A DNA stretch of 64,000 nt. It comes from Octopus sinensis. Lineage: Eukaryota. This document shows positions 53,286-64,000 of the stretch, in pieces. The position numbers were made by a program, and so were the translations under genes. The notes under the pieces are model-generated. The model was not told the origin of the DNA. It searched no databases and worked only from the letters and a program-made list of their open reading frames with translations. Location: positions 137,144,001 through 137,208,000 of the forward strand of contig NC_043000.1 of the NCBI RefSeq assembly GCF_006345805.1. The letters are read 5' to 3'. How positions within the stretch are numbered: position 1 is the stretch's first letter; each line of letters opens with the position of its first letter.

Positions 53286-55803
53286 TAGATTTGTATGTAT
53301 ATTATACATATACGTTTGTATGTATATTAGGTATATAGAGATAAGGCAACGATCTGGCAGAATCGTTATCAGGCTGGACGAAATGCTTAGTGGCATTTCG
53401 TCTGTTTTAAAGACGTTCTGAGTTCAAATTCCGCCGAGGTCGACTTTGCCTTTCATCCTTCCGGGATCGATAAATTATGTACTAGTGAAACACTGGGGTC
53501 AATGTAATCGACTAGTCCCCTCTGCCAAAAATTTCAGGCCTTGTGCCTATAGTAGAAATGATTATATATATATAGAAGTATGTCCATATATCTTTGTCTA
53601 CACACACACACATACACTGACGATTGTATGAATAGAAAACAACATTATATAATGAAATAGAGGATATTATTGTAGTTCGCTGGCCGCGGGGGGTGTAGAA
53701 GGTGCATCACTGATTGCCTCAACTTGGCAGAGTCAACGTACAGATAAAGGAATGTTTTATGAAATTATTAATTGATACGACATCTGATATCAGAGGTGAC
53801 TCGAAATGAATTTAAAGTTACTCATAGAACAGTTTACTTAATTTCTTTAATCGTTCTTTCGTTTTTCTTTGCCTCTTTTCTTTTATAAATTAATATCATT
53901 CTATCTTTTTTTAAATGCTTTCTTTCTTTTTTTTTTTGTTGCCTTTTTCTTTAAATTATTGTCAGTTGTTATTAAGATCAACATCTTTATGTTGAAGAGA
54001 TTTTAATCGGTTACAAATGTCGTACTAACTGATAAATATTATACAGGAAAAATGAATAAATATATATAAATAAATGAAGATGATAATAGTTTGATGAATA
54101 AAATAAACGTCAGAAATAACTAAATTAATAAATAAAAGAGAAAAAGAAACGAAATATCATCATCAACAACAACAGAAAATAGAATAACAACGACGTAACA
54201 ACGACAATATTAATAACGACAACAATACCAATATTTTTCTGTTAAAGAAAACACCGTAAGAAATTCTAGACAGCAAGGAAATGTTCGTTTTATAAATATT
54301 AGAGACATGAGCGTGATCCAAATTTTATTCGGAAGATTTAATGTGTATTTTTTTCGTGAAATTTATGGAACAATAAAAGAGTCTAAAGAAATGGAAATTT
54401 CTCAAGTTTAATAATATGTTTCTAATAGTATAATTTTATCTTCTTTAGTTGTTCCAAACAAATAATTTCTTTCTCGTCTTATAATTTTATTTTATTTTAT
54501 TTTATTTTTTAAATACAAGCTGTTTAAATGGTTTTCATTTATATTTTTAGATAATACCATAGAAAACTATACAGTACGTGCTGTCGAAGAGATCGGGAAT
54601 TTACCGAACACAAAAGTCTGTCATTCAGTCTTGGAGATTGCCTTTTATTGCATCTGATGTTGGTTTCAAATTTTGGCACAAGGCCAGCAGTTTTGGAGGA
54701 GGAGTAAGTCGATTACATCGACTCCAGTGCGCAACTGGTACTTATTTTATCGACTCGTATTTATTTTATTGAAAGGTAAAGTCGACCTCGGTAGCGTTTG
54801 AACTCAGAACTCAGAACGTAAAGACGGACGAAATGCCGCTAACGTTACCGCCAGCTTTGTCTGATGCTCTACCGACTGAACTATGCGGGTGAACAATTTG
54901 TGTCTCATAATTACAGTGGATATAGGACAAGCAGGTATGAATTACATCTATTTTAAGTTTCATGATTAACCAAAAGAGGAAAAACAGAGCATATAACCAA
55001 CTCCACACAACATGCAAACATTATGTCATTTTAGTCTTCAGTTGTTACTAATACCATTGACGTAGTTATTGTTGTTGTTATTTTGCCATTTCAGCCCTGA
55101 TGAAATAGACATTTACTCACACGCAATCCAGTCGTGACAATGCTGCTTTTACTTTGTCATAGTGTATCTAGGACTATATGGTCTAATTAGTCCTTTCCGT
55201 TTGCAAGACGTTAGAGAATTATTTATTACAGGTAGATTTCCACCACGTTATTACTAGTTTTCGCAAAGTCACTGTTGTTGACTCCCACGTTATCTGTAGA
55301 TTACTTTTATAAATATGCCATTTCCTTTTCTAATCGATGAAAAGACGTAGGATGATGTAGGAAGCACAAACCGTTGAATAACTGACAAGATAGTTTGCGT
55401 TCATTAAATATGGTCTCCAGATAATTTACAGTAATTAAACATAATCACTAGGATATGGCTTTGGAAGATGGTTGGCATCTTTCACATACAAATATTTCTT
55501 TTATATTCTGTCATTAAAAACAAACACACAAATACATCTTGTTTTACCCTACGTGGCACTAACTACATTGGAAAAAAAAAAACAAAAAAAAAGCTTGAGG
55601 GAAGAATTTTTACATGTTGCTGTTTAGCTGAGCAGAAATATAATCAAAAACACTCTACTTGCGATCATTTTATTTTTATTCCCATTTACTATTCCAAGCG
55701 AGTTACCAATTTGCGACGACATTTACATCTCTCTCTCTCTCTCCTCCCACCCTTCTCTATCCCGCTCTCTCTCTCTCTCTCTCTCTCTCTTTATATATAT
55801 ATA

Positions 55804-56355
55804 ATCGTGATGCATATTTGCCATTTGAATACGGCTAACCCATAAGGGTGGATGCTACTGTAGTTTGCAGCCCCAGGAAGATATCTCCTCCAGCTGGCTA
55901 TAGACACACTATCTGTGTCCTCTCAGTATTTGTGAAGGGGAGTCATCCTCCCCGTCTTCAACACATGATACACACGTACCCGAGTTTCAAGGTGTTTACC
56001 TCTCATCAGCGTGTGACAATCATGGTTGTCGATGAGAAGTCAGATCCCTTCACAAATACATATACTTTTTCCAGTGTCGATTTGACACTGATATTGAAAA
56101 AGTGAAATCAAACAATGATAAATCTCAGAGCGAGTTATAAACAGTAGCGGTAACACATCGTGGGGGAGGATGACTCCCCTTCACAAATACTGAGAGGACA
56201 CAGATAGTGTGTCTATAGCCAGCTGGAGGAGATATCTTCCTGGGGCTACAAACTACAGTAGCATCCACCCTTAGGGTTAGCCATATTCAAATGGCAAATA
56301 TGCATCACGATGTGTTACCGCTACTGTTATAACTCGCTCTGAGATTTATCATTGT

Positions 56356-56356
<1 letters not shown>
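55804..56356 (-). mobile_element. Retrozyme-like non-autonomous element: ~353-nt permuted monomer (55804-56162) plus inverted partial copy (56163-56356)
   Basis: 56163-56310 is the reverse complement of 55804-55953, and 56305-56356 is the reverse complement of 56111-56162; I counted only 4 differences. The monomer has a 6-nt ATCGTG terminal redundancy, (TA)n on both flanks, an internal HHR and no ORF. Confidence 0.8.
55959..56028 (-). ncRNA. Type I hammerhead ribozyme, apparently intact
   Basis: Minus strand reads CAAC-CATGAT-TGT-CACACG-CTGATGA-GAGGT(AAAC)ACCTT-GAAA-C(TCGG)G-TA^CGTGTG-T-ATCATG-T-GTTG. All core nucleotides are present (CUGAUGA, GAAA, GUA triplet), with a 5-bp stem II, a 2-bp stem III, and a 6+6+4-bp stem I containing an internal loop. 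Predicted cleavage is between 55977 and 55976. Confidence 0.9.
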
Positions 56357-56400
<44 letters not shown>

Positions 56401-56402
<2 letters not shown>

Positions 56403-56785
56403 CGTATGAGTGGCTGAGTGGTAAGTAACTTGTTTACCAACCACATGGTTCCGGGTTCAGTCCCACTGCATGGCACCTTGGGCAAGTGTCTTCTACTATA
56501 GCCTCGGGTCGACCAAAGCCTTGTGAGTGGATTTGGTTGACGGAAACTGAAAGAAGCCCGTCGTATATATATGTGTGTGTGTGTTGTGTATGTATTTGCC
56601 CCCCCCCCCACATCGCTTGACAACCGATGCTGGTGTGTTTATGTCACCGTAACTTAGCGGTTCGGCAAAAGAGACCGATAGAATAAGTACTAGGCTTACA
56701 AAGAATAAGTCCTGGGGTCGATTTGCTCGACTAAAGGTGGTGTTCCAGCATGGCCACAGTCAAATGACTGAGACAAGTAAAGGAG
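56401..56785 (+). mobile_element. SINE family B
   Basis: Full length, directly after the (TA)n flanking the retrozyme-like element. Confidence 0.9.
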
Positions 56786-56805
56786 TATATATATATATAT
56801 ATTAT

Positions 56806-57310
56806 ACGAGCAAAACGCCCCCCGTCCAATGGACGGTGCTGAGTTGTCAAACATTTAAATCAAATTTTCTCAAAACAACTTGTCCGACCGTCCCATAGGC
56901 CTCCCCTTTGAGAAACACTGATTTAACCTTATTTTAAGACACCAGCAAAAGAAGAAATAAAGATAGACTTTTCTATTCCAAAGAAAAACGATTTTATTCA
57001 CACAGATATGCAACCTAAGAGTTTAAAATACCAGTAATGATAAGGCTGTTGACTGGGAGAACAGTACAAAAACAAAAAAATGGAAGGTGTAGTTATGTAC
57101 AGGTTGACGGAAGAAAAGCAAGACAAAAACGGCTTTATCGATCGCACTCTCACCTGGAATCGAGTTTTATATATTTTTCAAGACTTATACACGCCCTGAT
57201 TTCGATGGTATCTACATATCACATTTGAGCGCAATCGGATGGAGGATGCCCGATATCCTAGAAGACACACACACACAGACAGACAGAACGGATTTTATAT
57301 AACATATATA
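56806..57310 (-). mobile_element. Helitron/DINE-like non-autonomous element
   Basis: Minus strand starts ATATAAAATCCGTTCTGTCTGTCTGTGTG; hairpin CCGTCC-AAT-GGACGG (56822-56836); ends TTTGCTCG-T. Confidence 0.6.
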
Positions 57311-57677
57311 TATCAACAGCAAATATTTTGTCCAACCTCATTCGCAAATTCTCCTAACCTTAGCTCTATTCAATACAAATAACTGTTTCTAATTAGTGTA
57401 TAAACCTAGTAATTTCTCAAATGAGGGTTTAGTCGACTTAACCGACCCGAGAACTTGACAGACTCTTCATTTTGTCGACTTTGGAAAGACAAAAAGCAAA
57501 GTTCACCTCACCGGCTTTTGAACTCAGAATATAAATTGTTGGAACAACCGTCCTTTCCGACTTTCTAACATTTCTGATAATCCATCGCCGTATACAATAT
57601 TGGTTTCAAATTTTGTGGGAGGAGCTAAGACGACTACATCAACTCCAATTCGGGCGGCTTTTAAGCTCGTATTATAT

Positions 57678-57723
<46 letters not shown>

Positions 57724-57759
57724 ATCCTAGCTCCTAGCTATACATGTAGTATCATGTAT

Positions 57760-57975
57760 GGTAACTTCAGAAATATGTCTGGACTGGGATTATTGGCGAT
57801 TTTTCCTCATTTTTTCTTCCTTTCTCTTTGGACATTTTTTCTCTTTCTGACGAAGAGGTATGCTCGAAGCGTTAACAACTCTCTCTTTTCACCAAGCTTC
57901 AAATTAATATATTTCTTGTGCACGTCTTCACGTTAATTTTTTTCTTCTCTGTTTAGTAATCGTTTGTTCTTTAAA
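57760..57975 (+). mobile_element. Diverged homolog of 4184-4390, decayed HHR variant at 57844-57877
   Basis: TTT-CTGACGA-A-GAG(GTAT)GCTC-GAAG-CG-TT-AACA; co-linear similarity (TTGGCGATT..TTTGGA..CTTGT..CACGTC) with the reverse complement of 4184-4390; lies between two (TA)n tracts. Confidence 0.55.
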
Positions 57976-58001
57976 TAGACTATATATATATATATATATA
58001 T

Positions 58002-58244
58002 AGATTGGCTGGACACGTCGCCCGGCTCACCGATAATCGGTGGACGCACGCAGTCAACGAGTGGTACCCGCGTGAGCGGAAAAGACCACCCGGAAGACCC
58101 CCACGACGGTGGAGTGACGAATTCAAGAGGACGATTGGGATCACGTGGATGAGAAAGGCGCGATCCAGAGAGGAGTGGACAGCGTGCTGTGACCAGAAGT
58201 GTCAAATGGACGCCTGACGGACTGGTCGGTCAAAGTGATCAAAG

Positions 58245-58245
<1 letters not shown>
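58002..58245 (+). mobile_element. RTE-like LINE 3' end
   Basis: AGHVARLTDNRWTHAVNEWYPRERKRPPGRPPRRWSDEF...; CAAAGT repeat tail; inserted in (TA)n. Confidence 0.85.
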
Positions 58246-58316
<71 letters not shown>

Positions 58317-58391
58317 GATAGATAGATACACATAACCTAGCGGAGTTCACTTCTTTCCAAGTTGAACACAGCCAAAGAGAGAGAAAAAAAA

Positions 58392-58491
58392 NNNNNNNNN
58401 NNNNNNNNNNNNNNNNNNNNNNNNNNNNNNNNNNNNNNNNNNNNNNNNNNNNNNNNNNNNNNNNNNNNNNNNNNNNNNNNNNNNNNNNNNN
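58392..58491. other. Assembly gap (100 N)
   Basis: Run of N. Confidence 1.
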
Positions 58492-58587
58492 CTACGACAC
58501 ACGTTGTTTTCAAATTTCATGACACTCTACAGTCTTAACTATACATAGGACAATGTGGTTAATCTCTCTCTTTGCTTTCTTACACGG

Positions 58588-58628
<41 letters not shown>

Positions 58629-59075
58629 TAGATATATTCACACACACACACACACAGATATATTCTCGAGATGATTACAATTCGAGGCCTTCTATTATAA
58701 GTCTGCTTGAAAAGCGTTAACCTGGTGTTACATATCAATAACCGGGGCGGTTAAAGGTTCCGGTCGTTCGAGTAGACACCCCAAGGTGTTATATGTCTAC
58801 GGGTACCACATGCCTTGCTGGAGATCTTCGAAATAACAAGAAAAAGTAAACAAACAAACAAATCCAACTAAAAAAAATTAAATAAACGCTGCTTATTCGT
58901 ATATTAAAGGAAGTGAAATAATAACTTTTAAATTTTTTTGTTTCTAGGTTTGCGAAACACTATATATTTTCAGGTTACCTGGGTGCCAGTAATCCTAGAG
59001 GTGCTCTTAGCAGTTATAACAACAGCGTTCGAGGAACTTTAGCAGACTTTATTCCCTAACAATACTGTGTCCACT

Positions 59076-59308
59076 AGGCGGTGAGCTAGCAGAAACGTTA
59101 GCGTGCCGGGCGAAATGCTTAGCAGTATTTCGTCTGCCGCTGCGTTCTGAGTACAAATTCCGCCGAGGTCGACTTTGCCTTTCATCCTTTCGGGGTCGAT
59201 AAATTAAGTACCAGTTACGCACTGCGGTCGATGTAATCGACTTAATCTATTTGTCTGTCTTTGTTTGTCCCCTGCTGTGTTTAGCTCCTTGTGGGCAATA
59301 AAGAAATA
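59076..59308 (+). mobile_element. SINE family A, full length
   Basis: Matches the other family A copies. Confidence 0.9.
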
Positions 59309-59705
59309 TATATATTTCACGGCCCTCTGAGAGACGAAAAGCAAAGTTGTCTAGCATTTGAACCCCAAATTCCTCAAGAGACGCGACCAAATCTCCAAGT
59401 TACTATTATTTTTGTCTCTTAATCTGGCGCTCCTCCGATTCTGATGTTCTGTTATCTGAATTTCTGTACATTAACACTTTACACTTCTCTCACTCTCTGT
59501 ATAGTGTGAGCGTATCCACGCGCGCACACACACACATCGTCGGTAGACCAGATATCCGAAAAAGAAGCACATTCTATGTTATAGGGTAGTAGATTAGATA
59601 GATAAAGTTTGATATGGCCGATCTATGAGGTTATCCTAGGTTTCACGTTCACAGGGCGCTTAGATTTACAACGTTTCTTCAAACCCTAAAGCTGTATATA
59701 TATAT

Positions 59706-59918
59706 ATTTCTTTATTGCCCACAGGGGGCTAAACATAGACGAGACAAACAATAACAAGGAAATTAAGTCGATTACATCGACCCCAGTGCGTAACTGCGAC
59801 CCCGAAAGAATGAAAGGCAAAGTCGACCTCGGCGGAATTTGAACTCAGAACGTAACGGCAGACGAAATATCACTAAGCATTTCGCCCGGCGTGCTAACGA
59901 TTCTGCCAGCTCATCGCT
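59706..59918 (-). mobile_element. SINE family A, full length with small internal deletion
   Basis: Reverse complement of family A; inverted relative to 59076-59308. Confidence 0.85.
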
Positions 59919-60340
59919 CTCCTAAAGGTGTATATGAGCCGAGGCGTGACTGTGTGGTAAAAAGTTTGCCTCCAAAGCACATGGTTCTGGGTTCGGTCCT
60001 ACTGCGTTAGGAATGTGTCTTTTACTGTACCCTCAGGCCGACGAAAGCCTTTTGAGTGGATTTGTACACAGAAACTGAACGAAGCCTGTCACATACATAC
60101 ATACATACATACTACATACATACATACATACCACACACACACATACACGCATACATATATGTGTGTATAAGCGTAGGAGTGGCTGTGTGGTAAGTAGCTT
60201 GCTTACGAACCACATGGTTCCCTGTTCAGTCCCACTGCGTGGCACCTTGGGCAAGTGTCTTCTACTATAGCCTCGGGCCGACCAAAGCCTTGTGAGTGGA
60301 TTTGGTAGACGGAAACTGAAAGAAGCCTGTCACATATATG

Positions 60341-60381
<41 letters not shown>

Positions 60382-60461
60382 TTATCCCCCCAACATCGCT
60401 TGCTGGTGTGTTTACGTCCCCATAACCTAGCGGTTCGGCAAAAAAGAGTAAAAAGTACAGA

Positions 60462-60514
<53 letters not shown>

Positions 60515-60957
60515 TGTGTATGTGTGTGTGTGTCTGCTTGTCCCTCATCACCGCTTGACGTCTTAATGACTTAACCGTTCCGCAAGTGAAACCAATGAGA
60601 ATACATACCAGACTTTAACAAAAAAAAGAATAAATAAAATAAAATAAAATAAAATGAAATAAAATAAAAAAGGTACTGGAGTTGATTCATTCGACTAAAA
60701 ATTCTTCAAGTCGGTGCCCCAGCATGGCCTCAATCAATTAGCTGAAACAACTAGAAAAATATTTAGTTGAATAAATCGGCCCTTGTTACCCCCTTTCTAT
60801 ATCTCTCCTGCTCTCTTTCAATATATGTATATGATATACATACACACAAACACGCGTGCACACACATTATCTACATATCTGTATGTGTAGGTGTGTATGT
60901 GTGTGCTTGAGTATGTGTGTGTTTGTGTGGGTGCTTGTATGTGTGTGTGTGTGTGTT

Positions 60958-60995
<38 letters not shown>

Positions 60996-61849
60996 TTTGT
61001 GTGTGCGCGCATACATACATACATACATATGTGGGTGCCTGCGAGACAGACTTCAAATAAGTCTGTATATACCACATACTTTTACATCATATTTTCCCAA
61101 CTGGAATTATTAAAGCGTCGAACAAAATTCTCGTAGTATTTATTCAATCAAGTCCGATTACGTTCTATATCCAAATGCCACGAAATCAAACTTTACTTTT
61201 AATCCTTCCGGGGCGTCTATTAAATAAATGACCACCAATCAGGTACTAAAGTTGATGCGTATAAAAGCAGAAAAGAGAATTATAATAGAAAAACAGTTTC
61301 TATAACACGTATATCGCTACACATCACTCTCTTTATATCATGTTTTGTATACCATACTATATATCTTTATCTTGTACTTTATAAACCTCATTTTTTTCTC
61401 TTCCGACCTTTTATAATTTTCCCATTGTTATTCTTCTGATTCTTATCTATCTACCTCACCTTTTTTATATTCCTTTTGCATTCCCACTTCTATACTATTT
61501 GTTAAATTCACACTTTTGCTCTCTTTTCCTCCCGTCTCCGTTTCTAAATTCTTCCTCTTTTTATTCTGTTTATCAACCATGTTCGTCAATACTCGTTCCT
61601 TCTGTCTTTCCGTCCTTGTTTTTATCCTAACTTTTCCCTCTCTATGCACGAGTGTGTGTGTGCGTGTGTGTGAGAGTGTGTGTATGTGTGCCATGTGTGT
61701 GTGTGTGTGTGGTGTGTGTGTGTGTGGTGTTTGTGTTTGTGCGTGTGTGAGTGTAGGAAGAGAGAAGGCGGGCAAAAAATGAAGAACAGAATGGGACTGT
61801 AATTTCACATGCGATTTAGAGGACTAGTGTATATATATATATATTATAT

Positions 61850-62215
61850 ACCAACCACATGGTTCCGGGTTCAGTCCCACTGCGTGGCATCTTGGGCAAG
61901 TGTCTTTTGCTATAGCCCCAGGCCGACCAATGCCTTGTGAGTGGATTTGGTAGACGGAAACTGAAAGAAGACTGTCGTATATATGTATATATATATAAGT
62001 GTGTGTGTATATGTTTGTGTGTCTGTGTTTGTCCCCCTAGCATTGCTTGACAACCGATGCTGGTGTGTTTACGTCCCCATCACTTAGCGGTTCGGCAAAA
62101 GAGACCGATAGAATAAGTACTGGGCTTACAAAGAATAAGTCCCGGGGTCGATTTGCTCGACTAAAGGCGGTGCTCCAGCATGGCTACAGTCAAATGACTG
62201 AAACAAGTAAAGAGA
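61850..62215 (+). mobile_element. SINE family B, 5'-truncated
   Basis: Starts at TACCAACCACATGGTTCCGGG. Confidence 0.85.
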
Positions 62216-62791
62216 GATATATGTGAGTATGTCTCTCTATTGTGTGTGTGTATGCTCAATAGATACCATGGTGCCGAATTCGTTCCTCTGCACAATACTT
62301 TAGGCCAAGTGTCTCGACCAATTTGTGAGTGGAATTTGTTAGATGGAAACTGTACGAAACCTGTCGTGTCTGTGTGCATGTGTATGCGCGTGTGTGTGCG
62401 TACGTATGCGCGCGTGTGTGTGTATGTATGTGTGTGTGTGTGCGCACGTGTTTGCGTGCCATTACAATATATATGTATCTGTGTCACTCGATGTCCCGTA
62501 ACCTAACAATTTGACAATAAAACACAATAAAATCTAAACACCAAATCGAAAGAAATTACTGAGGTTGAATGTGAGTGATTAATTCCTCGAAGTGGTGCCC
62601 CAGCATCACCACAATTCAATGACGTAAACCAATAAAAAAGAAGGAAACGATGCATCTTTATCGTATTACCTTCTCTCACTTCACTTTTTCTCTCTCTCTC
62701 TCCTTCTCTCTTGTTCTCTTTCTCCTCTATTCCCCCTCTCTCCCTCGATATTTTCCCATCAACTAGATTTTCCAATATATGTTCCTCTAGT

Positions 62792-63590
62792 AAGGCGGCG
62801 CGCTGGTAGAAACGTTAGCACGCCGGGCGAAATGCTTAGCGGTATTTCGTCTGCCGCTACGTTGTGAGTTCAAATTCCGCCGAGGTCGACTTTGCCTTTC
62901 ATCCTTTCGGGGTCGATAAATTAAGTACCAGTTAAGCACTGGGGTCGATGTAATCGACTTAATACCTATGTCTGTCCATGTTTGTCTCCTCTATGTTTAG
63001 CCCCTTGTGGGTAATAAAGAAATAGAAATAGGTATTTCGTCTGCCGCTACGTTCTGAGTTCAAGTTCCGCCGAGGTCGACTTTGCCTTTCATCCTTTCGG
63101 AGTCGATAGATTAAGTACCAGTCAAGTACTGGGATCGATGTAATCGACTTAATCCCTTTGTCTGTCCTTGTTTGTCCCCTCTATGTTTAGCCCCTTGTGG
63201 GTAATAAAGAAATAGGAATTGTTAGCACGCTAGGCAAAAGTTCTTAGCGGAATTCCGTCCTTCTTTACGTTCTCGGCTCAAATTCCGTCGCGGTCGACTT
63301 TGCCTTTCAACCTTTTGGGGTCGATAAAATTAGTAACAGTTGAACATAATGCAATCGACATACCCCAACCCTCAAACTTGCCAAAAATCTGAAACCAATA
63401 TCTCTTCGTGCGGGCAGAGTGTGTTAAATTCTTAGCGGCTTTACATTCTGATTTCAAATTCCGCCGAAGTCAACTCTGCTTTTTATCCTTTCGGGGTCGA
63501 TAAAATAAGTATCAGTTGAGCGCTGGGGTTGATGTAATCGACTTACATCTTATCCCGAAATTGCTGGCCTTGTGCCAAAATTTGAAGCCA
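62792..63590 (+). mobile_element. SINE family A tandem cluster (dimer plus two diverged copies)
   Basis: Four GTCGACTTTGCCTTTCA-type bodies in a row. Confidence 0.85.
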
Positions 63591-64000
63591 AATTTATTCC
63601 TCTTTCATTTTTTTTTTCTCTCATCGTACCAATCACATTCTCTTTTCACTTTTTAGACTTATACATCTTCTGCATCGTACCATTCTTTCTTTCTTATATT
63701 TTTACTGTCTAATTTAGTTACAGTTAAACCTCTGTGATTAAGTTATCTTGGGTTCGATTCCACAAAACAATGTTTTCTATTATAATTTCGGATCAACCAA
63801 AGCTTTCTCCCTGAAATTTGGTAGATATGAACTGTTTGGAAGCAGTCACCTGGCTTAACCCTGTCACGCCGTGTTACCGCTATAGCACGAATAGGTTAAA
63901 GCGGTAATGAACAACAGACGTAGTAAAAGTCGATGCAACCAATTCTGTCTTTGGTTTTGCCCGCAATCGTTATTCTTGAGCGGTATATTGAACTCGTTAC

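Noticed and set aside
56029-56059. Possible plus-strand hammerhead in the retrozyme-like element (TCGATGA-GAAG..CTTC-ACAAA), which would imply ribozymes on both polarities
   Set aside because: The core is wrong at C3/U4 and GAAA, and no stem III/NUH follows.

Overview
Eukaryotic, AT-rich, repeat-saturated non-coding DNA. It is most likely an octopus (coleoid cephalopod) intergenic or intronic region; this is inferred from my recollection of the SINE families and is not database-checked. No intact host protein-coding gene is supported: the ORF track is almost entirely microsatellite, SINE or decayed-transposon translation. Content: at least five SINE-like families (dozens of copies, several with clean target-site duplications); decayed LINEs (R4/Dong-like RLE elements clustered in (TAA)n tracts at 27.9-36.2 kb, RTE and CR1 3' ends, ORF1-like relics); two Tc1/mariner transposase relics; a hAT MITE; two Helitron-like non-autonomous elements; many simple repeats; and a 100-N gap. 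The most interesting signal is a set of sequence-distinct, non-coding, mostly (TA)n-embedded elements carrying hammerhead ribozyme (HHR) motifs. One (minus strand, 55959-56028) folds by eye into a complete type I HHR. It lies in a ~353-nt circularly permuted monomer with an inverted partial copy that spans the monomer junction, i.e. a young retrozyme / Penelope-dependent element. An older locus (52.36-53.25 kb) has the same geometry, a 335-nt tandem at 40.2 kb has a decayed core, and four further elements carry a minimal covarying HHR variant. All coordinates and folds were read by eye; element edges are approximate (about +/-10-20 nt) unless a motif is quoted.
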